A DNA stretch of 30,245 nucleotides from a bacterium (GTDB lineage Bacteria; UBP7; UBA6624): NCBI GenBank assembly GCA_002716355.1, contig PBAU01000006.1:1-30245 (forward strand), in the 5' to 3' direction. This document shows, one piece after another, positions 22,556 to 30,245 of this stretch. Under the pieces are notes generated by a model that had not been told where the DNA came from, did not search any database, and saw nothing but the letters and a program-made list of their open reading frames with translations. The translations under genes and the position numbers were made by a program. How positions within the stretch are numbered: the first letter of the stretch is position 1; every line of letters begins with the position of its first letter.

Positions 22556-25500
22556 TTAAAAAGCGCCGGAAAACCTTAAATACAAACCTTCTTGATTATC
22601 TGGACTCAAAAACATATCACTTGCGCCTCCATCAGAATAACCAATAATGACTCTCAAGCCATTAGTGATTGACTTTCCGATTTCAAACCTATGACCAGAT
22701 TCACTGATATCACCGTACATAATCTTATCTTCAGCTGAAAATGTCCAATCTTTATACTGGTATCCAATCTTCAATGACTTAATAGCAATATTTTCGCCTC
22801 CATTAGCATTCAAAGAAGATCTCGCACTATACCTGCCCGTAAAGATCAAAGAATTTGGTTGCCAGGATGCTGAGTATGTTTGTATATTATGGTCTGAAAA
22901 TTCAGTCCAACCATTGTCTCTAATTTCTAAAGCTGAACCACTAATAGAAAGATTGTCAGAAGGCGTCCAAACTAAAGATGAAGCAAGTTTCGTGTACTCT
23001 TTTAGAGTATTATTCAAAGAGGTCTCTCTTTTTCTATCAGTAGTAAAAGAATACTTTGTTGCATCATTGATAGATTTTGTAATTCTTGATTCAAGAGTTT
23101 TATGCCTGTGCGCATTATTAAAAGGATTCAGGTATTGATTAGCACCCCAATTCACATTCCATCCATAAACTGAATGACTTCCACCAAGGTTATACCCTTC
23201 CCACTGTTCGTCAGATACATCATTTCCAGTTAGGACAATATTTGCATTTATATTATTTGAGGAATTTGGTTTCCAATTCAGATTCAAATCCTCTCTAAGA
23301 TCAACCCATTTTCCTTGCTCCTCTATAACGTCAGTCACAGAAACAGACAAAGCGCCATTTATGCTTTGTTCATATTTGAACATTTGTAACTTATGCTTTG
23401 GATTGCTCCAATTTGATCGAACGTCACGTGATAACTTCAAATCTAAATCTTTTGTAAAAAAGTTCCCCTTCATGTTAAGTTCAGAATAATGCCTCCAGGA
23501 ATTTTGCAACTTTCTTAAATTCCAATTACCTTGGTTTGATGAACCAGAAAATTTAAACTCTCTTTCATCTAAAATGCCGCTATTGTAAGCTTTCTGAACA
23601 TTCGTATTTCTAAATTGAAACTTCAAGCCATTGCCTAAATCTTTATTAAAGTAAGTTGTAAGCTTTTCTTCTAATAAGTTAGGGTCTTTACGAGATTCTT
23701 TTGAGAGAGTAATACGCCCAAAACCACTAACATTTTTAGAAAGATCAATTTTGGATCTTGTGTAGGCATTTTGACTCAAGGTATGTTTTTCTTTATAAAG
23801 AGAAGCATTCGCACCAAAAAAACCTAAAAAGTTTGAATTACTAAAACCAATTTCTGTTATTTTCTTATCTTGACCAACCCAAACATCCTTTGAGCTAAAT
23901 CCTTTTTGCATATTTGAATTTGAATAAGAAAAATTACCTATATTTCCAGCATTCAAAGAAGCATTGAATTTATCAGATTGATTCCAGTCCTCCCCTTGCA
24001 AGGTTTCAACATGTTCGAAAGTTACTCCACCATCTTCAGAAATGTACTCACCCGTATCGGAAGATTTTGTTCTAGCAGTTTGATAACCTAAAGAAAAAGA
24101 AGAACCTTTAAAATTTATATTCTGACCTTCAAGCTCGTAATCACCGTTCTGTCGGGCTTCATTAACTTTAGTTATGCCAAAATTCCAGCCATTTCCTAAA
24201 TTATGCTTTATGTTTGTTGTCCATGTTCCTCGATCAGATTCTTGAAGTATCCAATCATAAGAAACATTGATAAAAAGATCTTCTCCATTTAAATATCCGT
24301 ATTTTTCTTGAGCAATCTCCTCTAAAGGGTAAAGGAGCCTAATTGTTCCGTCTTCATGTACATAATCGATAGATTCATCAAGCTTCCAAGAACCTGCATG
24401 ACTTCCATCAAATCTATAAACGTCTAGATGAACCTTGATTGAATCCTGCTTTCTCTCTATGTTTCTTAACCTGTAAACAAAACCATTATTATTTTTAAAT
24501 ATATCTTTAGTTTTTTGCACTGGTTTTTCTGAAAGCGTTGATTTTAGAGAAGTTTGGTTTTTACTCCAATTCAACTCATAACCTTCAAAAGACAAATCAT
24601 GTCTTGCAAGAGATAAACTGGTATCTTTTGATTTTACATTTCCATATCTTAAGCTAGTGTTTGAAGAGCTCAAACTCCAATTAAAGCCAGAACCATGACT
24701 GTGTGAACTTGATGAAGCATCTGAAAAAAGATAATTATGTCTAGAGAAATCTAACCCTTGGTTCCAGTTTAATGATCTATCGTTCCAATCCCTCAACCCG
24801 TCAGAATAAGATAGTTCCATTTCTAAGCCTGAATAGTTGCCTATATACCTAAATGAACCTTCAGCAACATCCGAAGAGCCAAGAGTGAATGATCCAATTA
24901 CTCCAAAACCTGTTTTTCTTTGCCATTTTTCCTGACTTTCTGAAAGAGGAATGTTTAAATTTGCTAGACTACCAGGCAAAACCAAAATATTTTGGACCTC
25001 ATAACCAAAAGCAGGCTTCCATCCTTCAGGAACTCCAGAAACAACTTCAACAACCCTAGAACCAGGGGCTAAACCATCAATATGAAATCTCCCATTTTTA
25101 TCAGTTCTAACAGTAGTGCCATTTTCAAACTTTAAAAGTACACCAGCAGCACCTTTTTCATTTTCATCCTGGTGTCTATTTTCATCTGAATCAAGCCAAA
25201 CTTTACCTGATATGACACCTAGAGAAAATAAACGATCAGGTGAAATCTGTATGTTTACATTAGTTTTATTTGATATGACAGTATGCGAATCAGTTAGAAC
25301 AAACATTTCTAGTGTTTTAGATCCATGTTGAGTTAAATCATAATTTTTCAAATCAACCTCAGTTGAATAAACATCCCCAGCATTCATGTTTGGCAGAATA
25401 ATTTCAGAATCTTGATCATCAAGCTTTACACCACGTGGTGCATTAAATGACAAAACAGAACCAAGAGGGAGACCATTTGGAGCAGTGACTGTAATTGCTA

Positions 25501-25834
25501 AAGTTAAAGATTCACCCATTACAAGTTGTGTTTTTTCGGGAGTAACGACAATACCAACATCATTAAAAGTCAAAGCATCCCAATCGATGGACATCTTGGG
25601 TTGTAAATACTGATAAGAAACTCCATTGCTATTTTTAATCTCAGCTATACATGAAACACCTTCTTGCACCTTTTCTTCTGAAATCTCCTGTCCAGATTTT
25701 GGATCTAAGCATCTAATTGAAGATTCTTGAATAACAGCCGAAAAATGTGCTTCTGAAAAACGTAATCTTTCAGGTGTGCTTTCTGGATTATTCAGAAAAG
25801 CAAAAAAAGCAAAAAAACTAAACAAAAAAACCAT
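22556..25834 (-). CDS. Large (1,092 aa) outer-membrane beta-barrel protein with N-terminal Ig-like (DUF11/CARDB-like) and SdrD-B/CnaB-like domains. Family unknown.
   Basis: The N-terminus is hydrophobic. The CnaB/SdrD-B-like stretch ISGKVWLDSDENRHQDENEKGAAGVLLKFENGTTVRTDKNGRFHIDGLAPGSRVVEV is encoded at about 24965-25213. It is followed by ~800 aa of alternating amphipathic, Ser/Asn/Gly/aromatic-rich sequence. The OMP beta-signal ending is GLYLRFSGAF. Confidence 0.7.
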   Translation of the reverse strand: MVFLFSFFAFFAFLNNPESTPERLRFSEAHFSAVIQESSIRCLDPKSGQEISEEKVQEGVSCIAEIKNSNGVSYQYLQPKMSIDWDALTFNDVGIVVTPEKTQLVMGESLTLAITVTAPNGLPLGSVLSFNAPRGVKLDDQDSEIILPNMNAGDVYSTEVDLKNYDLTQHGSKTLEMFVLTDSHTVISNKTNVNIQISPDRLFSLGVISGKVWLDSDENRHQDENEKGAAGVLLKFENGTTVRTDKNGRFHIDGLAPGSRVVEVVSGVPEGWKPAFGYEVQNILVLPGSLANLNIPLSESQEKWQRKTGFGVIGSFTLGSSDVAEGSFRYIGNYSGLEMELSYSDGLRDWNDRSLNWNQGLDFSRHNYLFSDASSSSHSHGSGFNWSLSSSNTSLRYGNVKSKDTSLSLARHDLSFEGYELNWSKNQTSLKSTLSEKPVQKTKDIFKNNNGFVYRLRNIERKQDSIKVHLDVYRFDGSHAGSWKLDESIDYVHEDGTIRLLYPLEEIAQEKYGYLNGEDLFINVSYDWILQESDRGTWTTNIKHNLGNGWNFGITKVNEARQNGDYELEGQNINFKGSSFSLGYQTARTKSSDTGEYISEDGGVTFEHVETLQGEDWNQSDKFNASLNAGNIGNFSYSNSNMQKGFSSKDVWVGQDKKITEIGFSNSNFLGFFGANASLYKEKHTLSQNAYTRSKIDLSKNVSGFGRITLSKESRKDPNLLEEKLTTYFNKDLGNGLKFQFRNTNVQKAYNSGILDEREFKFSGSSNQGNWNLRKLQNSWRHYSELNMKGNFFTKDLDLKLSRDVRSNWSNPKHKLQMFKYEQSINGALSVSVTDVIEEQGKWVDLREDLNLNWKPNSSNNINANIVLTGNDVSDEQWEGYNLGGSHSVYGWNVNWGANQYLNPFNNAHRHKTLESRITKSINDATKYSFTTDRKRETSLNNTLKEYTKLASSLVWTPSDNLSISGSALEIRDNGWTEFSDHNIQTYSASWQPNSLIFTGRYSARSSLNANGGENIAIKSLKIGYQYKDWTFSAEDKIMYGDISESGHRFEIGKSITNGLRVIIGYSDGGASDMFLSPDNQEGLYLRFSGAF

Positions 25835-25928
25835 TAATACCTTCTATTTTAAGTAAAACGGAATAAAATTTACTCCAATTAAACAGTTTTCGGCAATAAA
25901 ACCTTATCAACCTTATCTATCCTATACC

Positions 25929-25934
25929 TATAAT
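25929..25934 (+). promoter_or_regulatory. Consensus -10 hexamer TATAAT, 10 nt upstream of the pyrE ATG
   Basis: tataat is read directly at 25929-25934. The 10 nt between it and ATG 25945 (tacctaaagt) contain no SD. The only nearby -35-like hexamer is a weak ttatca at 25904-25909. Confidence 0.3.
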
Positions 25935-25944
25935 TACCTAAAGT

Positions 25945-26526
25945 ATGAATGCTTATCAGAAAAATAAAATACTAAAAACACTTGCAGAAAAAGCACTAAA
26001 AATTGCAAAAGAAGGAGAGTTATTCTCTCTTGCTTCTGGTAAAAAAAGTAAATACTACCTAGATGGAAAAATAATCACGATGAATCCAAGCCTGCTTGAA
26101 ATAACAGCAAACCTGCTTATTCAAAAAATCAATGATCAGAAAATAGAAATAAATGCAATAGGTGGCCTAACCCTAGGTGCTGACCCTTTAGCATATGCAA
26201 TTTCACTAGAAGCAAAATCAAAAGATTTAAATTGGTTACCTTTTGTTGTTAGAAAAGAAAAGAAAAACAGGGGAACAGGGAAACAGATCGAAGGGCTTTT
26301 AGATAAAAATTCAAATGTAATCGTCTTGGAGGATGTAACTACAACAGGTTCATCAGCCCTAAAGGCAGTAGAAGCTATGGAGGATAACGGTCATAACGTT
26401 ATTGCCATATTAACAATGGTTGATCGAGAAGAGGGAAGCACTCATCTTTTTGAAAAAAACAAAATACCTTTAATCAGCTTATTCACATTATCTGAACTTG
26501 TTAAAGCAAGAACTCAACCTCGTTAA
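25945..26526 (+). CDS. pyrE: Orotate phosphoribosyltransferase
   Basis: The PRPP-binding loop VIVLEDVTTTGSSALKAVEAM is present. SGKKSKYYLD and GGLTLGADPLA are typical PyrE features. Confidence 0.88.
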   Translation: MNAYQKNKILKTLAEKALKIAKEGELFSLASGKKSKYYLDGKIITMNPSLLEITANLLIQKINDQKIEINAIGGLTLGADPLAYAISLEAKSKDLNWLPFVVRKEKKNRGTGKQIEGLLDKNSNVIVLEDVTTTGSSALKAVEAMEDNGHNVIAILTMVDREEGSTHLFEKNKIPLISLFTLSELVKARTQPR

Positions 26527-27745
26527 TCATTCTTTTTGAAATACCTTTTCTTGAATTAACAGCTTCTAATCCAAGTAAGCCAACCTCTTTTCTCTTTGAA
26601 TCATCTGAAAGCAGGTTTTCAACAATGTCTAAAAGCTCGTATTCTGAAGCTGAAATGGCACCACCTGAGTTAATCAAGTCACCAGCAACCTCTCTAAAGT
26701 TCTCCATTGATGGTCCGAAAATAGTAGGAATACCAAAAAAACAAGGTTCAATTGGGTTATGACCGCCTCTTTTAACCCAAGAACCGCCAATAAGAGCAAT
26801 ATCAGCAATGGAGTAAATCTGTGATAGGGTTCCCATTTCATCTATCATGAGAACATCAAACATTTCCTTATTCCCTTTATTTAAATTGGACCAATTTAAA
26901 ACTTTTCTATTTGAAAGTATCTTTTTAATATGTTCAATTCTTTCTAGTTTTCTGGGTGCAATAATTAATTTTAAATTTTTAAATTTTTTAAGAAGTTTTT
27001 CAAATAATGAAAAAGCTATTTTCTCTTCTCCCTCGTGTGAGCTTCCCAGCACAATTATCTTTTCATCCCTTATTCCAAAATCAGATCTTTTTAAAGTTGG
27101 TTTCCTGAAAGGCTTGTCATACTTGATATCACCAAGACAAACTCCCTTTATGTTTCCATAATGTCCTGAACTGGAGATCAATGAAGCTTTACGTAGATCC
27201 TCTAAACTTCTCATTAAACAAAGATCAAATTGGGGAATCATCCATGATAAAGCAATACGATAAATTCCTTTTGATTTAAAAACACGATCAGAAACTCTAC
27301 CATTCAACCAAAACAAGGGGATGCTCTTCTTTTTACACTCATCTATAAACAATGGCCAAAGTTCAGTTTCAACAAAAAAAACAGCAGTTGGTTTTAATTT
27401 ATTTAAAAAAATTTTTACAGTTTTAACACAATCAAAAGGAATAACGGTTACAAAAACACTTGCATCTTTGCCATAAATACTTTTAGCTAATTTGAAGCCA
27501 GCTCTAGTTCCTACGCTAAGCACTATTTTGTATTTTCTTTTTTTTAACTCCTTAATAAAAGGGATAACAGCTTTAAGCTCACCTACACTAACAGAATGTA
27601 CCCATATTCGAGATTTTGGAAAATCAGGAAAACTACCCATTCTCAAAGAGTTAAATTCACTGGATTTTCCTGAAATCAATAAATAAAATTTAAAAAGCTC
27701 GAAAAAAACAATGCCTAAAAATTTATAGACTTTAAGCCAAAACAT
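26501..27745 (-). CDS. waaA: 3-deoxy-D-manno-octulosonic acid (Kdo) transferase
   Basis: Motifs seen: IWVHSVSVGELKAVIPFIKEL (W.H..SvGE) and a GT-B C-terminal half with GGSWVKRGGHNPIEP. It overlaps pyrE convergently by 26 nt. Confidence 0.85.
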   Translation of the reverse strand: MFWLKVYKFLGIVFFELFKFYLLISGKSSEFNSLRMGSFPDFPKSRIWVHSVSVGELKAVIPFIKELKKRKYKIVLSVGTRAGFKLAKSIYGKDASVFVTVIPFDCVKTVKIFLNKLKPTAVFFVETELWPLFIDECKKKSIPLFWLNGRVSDRVFKSKGIYRIALSWMIPQFDLCLMRSLEDLRKASLISSSGHYGNIKGVCLGDIKYDKPFRKPTLKRSDFGIRDEKIIVLGSSHEGEEKIAFSLFEKLLKKFKNLKLIIAPRKLERIEHIKKILSNRKVLNWSNLNKGNKEMFDVLMIDEMGTLSQIYSIADIALIGGSWVKRGGHNPIEPCFFGIPTIFGPSMENFREVAGDLINSGGAISASEYELLDIVENLLSDDSKRKEVGLLGLEAVNSRKGISKRMINEVEFLL

Positions 27746-27757
27746 AAATCAAATCAA

Positions 27758-29098
27758 TCAAACTACACCTTGATCAATCATAGAGTCAGCAACTTTTGTA
27801 AAGCCAGCAATATTGGCTCCTGTTACATAGTCGCCATGACAATCATAATGCTCTGCTGTTGTTATGCACTGTTCATGAATGCTCTGCATTATAGATTTGA
27901 GCTTTGAGTCAACTTCCCCTCTTGTCCAATTGGTTCTAATTGAATTTTGAGACATCTCCAAACCACTAACGGCAACACCGCCAGCATTAGCTGCTTTTCC
28001 TGGTCCATAAAGAACATTCGCTTCTTGAAAACACTCTACAGCATTAGGAGTTGTAGGCATGTTTGCACCTTCAGAAACTGCCAGACAGTTATTTTTGATT
28101 AAATTTTTTGCATCTGAAGATGAAATTTCATTTTGAGTAGCACATGGCAAAGCAATATCACAATCGATTGACCAAGGGTTTCCTTTTACAAAAGTTGCAC
28201 CTTGATATTTTTCAACATAATTTCTTATCCTGCCACGTTGAATATTTTTCAAATCCATAACATAAGCCAACTTCTCATCATCAATACCTTCAGGATCAAA
28301 AATAGTCCCATCAGAATCAGAAAATGATACCACCTTGCCTCCAAGATCATTAACTTTCTCACAAGCAAACTGAGCAACATTTCCGCTACCAGATATTGTT
28401 ACCACTTTACCTTCTAATGAATCCGAATTGTGTTTTAGCATTTCCTCAACAAAATAAACACAGCCGTAGCCTGTTGCCTCAGGCCTTATAAGAGATCCTC
28501 CCCAGTTTAAACTTTTTCCAGTTAAAACCCCAGTAAACTCTTTTCTTAATTTTTTATATTGACCAAACAAATATCCTATTTCCCTAGCCCCAACACCAAT
28601 ATCACCTGCGGGAACGTCAGTATTTGATCCAATATGCCTAGATAGCTCAGACATGAAAGATTGACAAAACCTCATAACCTCGCCATCTGTCTTTCCTCTA
28701 GGATCAAAATCAGATCCGCCTTTTCCACCACCCATCGGAAGTGTGGTTAAGCTATTTTTAAACACTTGCTCAAAAGCAAGAAATTTTAAAATTGAAAGAT
28801 TTACGGATGGATGAAACCTTAAACCACCTTTATAGGGACCTATAGCGCTATTAAACTGAATTCGAAAAGCACGATTGACCTTAACTTTACCGGAATCATC
28901 AACCCATGGAACCCTAAACATGATAACTCTTTCTGGCTCCACAATCCTCTCAAGGATGCTGTTTTCTTCATATTTTTTATCTGCTTTTAAAACAGGAGAA
29001 AGGGTTTCAAGAACCTCTTTGACTGCCTGAATAAATTCAACTTGATTGGGATCCCTTGCAATAACTTGATCGATAACTCTATCAGCATAATTCGCCAT
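27758..29098 (-). CDS. gdhA: NADP-specific glutamate dehydrogenase
   Basis: Motifs seen: [40 protein letters not shown] and [10 protein letters not shown] prefer ATG 29098 (MANYADRV) because an AGGTGG SD-like element lies 8 nt upstream. The ORF-track start at 29110 is a GTG. Confidence 0.92.
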   Translation of the reverse strand: MANYADRVIDQVIARDPNQVEFIQAVKEVLETLSPVLKADKKYEENSILERIVEPERVIMFRVPWVDDSGKVKVNRAFRIQFNSAIGPYKGGLRFHPSVNLSILKFLAFEQVFKNSLTTLPMGGGKGGSDFDPRGKTDGEVMRFCQSFMSELSRHIGSNTDVPAGDIGVGAREIGYLFGQYKKLRKEFTGVLTGKSLNWGGSLIRPEATGYGCVYFVEEMLKHNSDSLEGKVVTISGSGNVAQFACEKVNDLGGKVVSFSDSDGTIFDPEGIDDEKLAYVMDLKNIQRGRIRNYVEKYQGATFVKGNPWSIDCDIALPCATQNEISSSDAKNLIKNNCLAVSEGANMPTTPNAVECFQEANVLYGPGKAANAGGVAVSGLEMSQNSIRTNWTRGEVDSKLKSIMQSIHEQCITTAEHYDCHGDYVTGANIAGFTKVADSMIDQGVV

Positions 29099-29149
29099 GA
29101 TTAAAACCACCTTTAAATAATTACGTTAGGGAAAATTCTATCTAATTAA

Positions 29150-30245
29150 TCAAAAAAATTTTTTCGATTCAATCAATGCTAAGTCTTTTTGGGACTTTTC
29201 TTTCTCTAATATTGACTTTATTTCCCACAAATTAGCAAAAACAATGTCAAGTTTTCTAGATCTTGCATCAAGCTTAAAACTAAAAAGCTCCTCTTTGTCA
29301 TTAAACCTAGGCCATTCATCAAGAAACGAATCAATTACATTCAAGGTCTCCTGTTCTAGATTCAAATCAGGGTGAAGCAATGATTCATTGGCAAAGATAA
29401 GGGCAAATTCAGGCCTATTGATTCCATCAATTAAAAGCAACTCTCTAGAGAGCAAAAGTCTTTCCTCTCTTGTTATAAAACTTTTTTGAGGTTCATCCAA
29501 TGCAAGGAGGAACTGTCTTATTTTTATATTTTTATCAAGATGAGGATCATTCCTGTTTTCAAACATTTCCCTGATGTGAGCGTAGTGCGTATATGGTTTT
29601 CCAGGATATTGAGGCTTAAGAATGATATTGTTAAGAGTCATCAGGCAGAAAAAGAAGCCACAAACAGCAGGCATTAATATTCCAACGCCTTGTTTTGAAT
29701 TTATATAAAACAGGTGCATAAAGCCAGATTTACGCTTCTTCCTCCTGCAAGAAAAACCCAAAAAACATCCAACCAGCAATGGCAATGGCATAAACGTGGC
29801 ATGGAAATCAAACAAACCGTGAAGCAAAATCATGACAGCAGCAATAAAAAAACATTTTTCATCATTATTTTTGAGGTTTTTGAAAATCTTCAATACAGAA
29901 GAAACAAGAATAAACACCAGGATAATGCCAACAAAACCGCCTTCAGCCCAAGCCCTAAAAAGCCAAGAATGAGGATCATTTGCAGCATATTCAATTTTCG
30001 ATTGGTATTGAGGATAATAAAATTTGAAATTACCCCAACCCACACCGTTAAGAGGATTGTCTAGACCCATCTCAAAAGCACCTTTAAAATAAGCAATGCG
30101 GCTTTGAAACGAGAAATCACCAACTATATTGTTGTAAATTTTAGGAACAAGAAAAACAAAACCAAAAATTAAAAAAAATCTTATTTTTTTTAGATATGAA
30201 AAAAATCCAGAAAAGATATTTTTATCATCCTGAAAACCAAATATT
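29150..30245 (-). CDS. O-antigen ligase (Wzy_C/RfaL) family membrane protein with a ~155-aa non-membrane C-terminal extension. The 5' end lies beyond the right edge.
   Basis: I translated the frame upstream of the ORF-track Met and it stays open to the window edge (...RIAYFKGAFEMGLDNPLNGVGWGNF...). The motif G.G.GNF....DPHS....AEGG.vG is typical of the Wzy_C loop, and TM segments flank it. Confidence 0.65.
   Translation of the reverse strand, partial: IFGFQDDKNIFSGFFSYLKKIRFFLIFGFVFLVPKIYNNIVGDFSFQSRIAYFKGAFEMGLDNPLNGVGWGNFKFYYPQYQSKIEYAANDPHSWLFRAWAEGGFVGIILVFILVSSVLKIFKNLKNNDEKCFFIAAVMILLHGLFDFHATFMPLPLLVGCFLGFSCRRKKRKSGFMHLFYINSKQGVGILMPAVCGFFFCLMTLNNIILKPQYPGKPYTHYAHIREMFENRNDPHLDKNIKIRQFLLALDEPQKSFITREERLLLSRELLLIDGINRPEFALIFANESLLHPDLNLEQETLNVIDSFLDEWPRFNDKEELFSFKLDARSRKLDIVFANLWEIKSILEKEKSQKDLALIESKKFF

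Noticed and set aside
29099-29110. The GTG start at 29110 for gdhA (MVLIMANY...).
   Set aside because: ATG 29098 has a properly spaced AGGTGG element, and the four extra residues are not supported by GdhA N-termini. The difference is only 12 nt and remains uncertain.
1-30245. I scanned for tRNA/rRNA genes, CRISPR arrays, IS elements or transposases, integrases, prophage genes, toxin-antitoxin pairs and known defence systems.
   Set aside because: The three spacers over 100 nt (6883-6998, 18508-18630, 25835-25944) are too short and show no cloverleaf-like or repeat-spacer structure. Every long ORF is accounted for by a housekeeping or envelope function, or by the giant protein.

Overview
This 30.2-kb window comes from an AT-rich, very tightly packed genome. 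The bacterium is diderm, as shown by KdtA/WaaA, an O-antigen-ligase-family protein and a C-terminal-Phe beta-barrel OMP. I cannot assign a taxon. By my count only about 440 nt fall outside the called CDSs, and many genes abut or overlap through ATGA junctions or 1-4 nt spacers. Most of the content is housekeeping. On the plus strand these are rpsR-rplI-dnaB-purD-holA-asnS-trhO. A long minus-strand block carries ltaE, an OCD-family gene, serS, a lipoyl-domain gene, a giant gene, trpS, an M50 protease, a CCA-family enzyme, trmL, a GlmU C-domain and an OMP. Then come pyrE (+) and kdtA-gdhA-O-antigen-ligase-like (-). I found no tRNA, rRNA, CRISPR array, IS element, integrase or recognisable defence or toxin gene. 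The outlier is an 8,025-nt gene (26.5% of the window) for a 2,674-aa lipobox-bearing, Cys-rich, Ca-loop-rich beta-helix surface protein built from six diverged copies of one module. A 76-aa stand-alone lipoyl-domain protein follows it and is translationally coupled to it. Other items worth a second look: (1) trhO ends at a TAG that is followed in frame by 39 codons resembling the basic tail of full-length TrhO; (2) the GlmU acetyltransferase domain has no uridyltransferase half; (3) a 1,092-aa OMP has N-terminal Ig/CnaB-like domains and an oversized barrel; (4) DnaB carries three insertions; (5) perfect 27-bp coding tandem repeats sit at the left edge. All family calls rest on motifs read by eye from the supplied translations, with no searches run.
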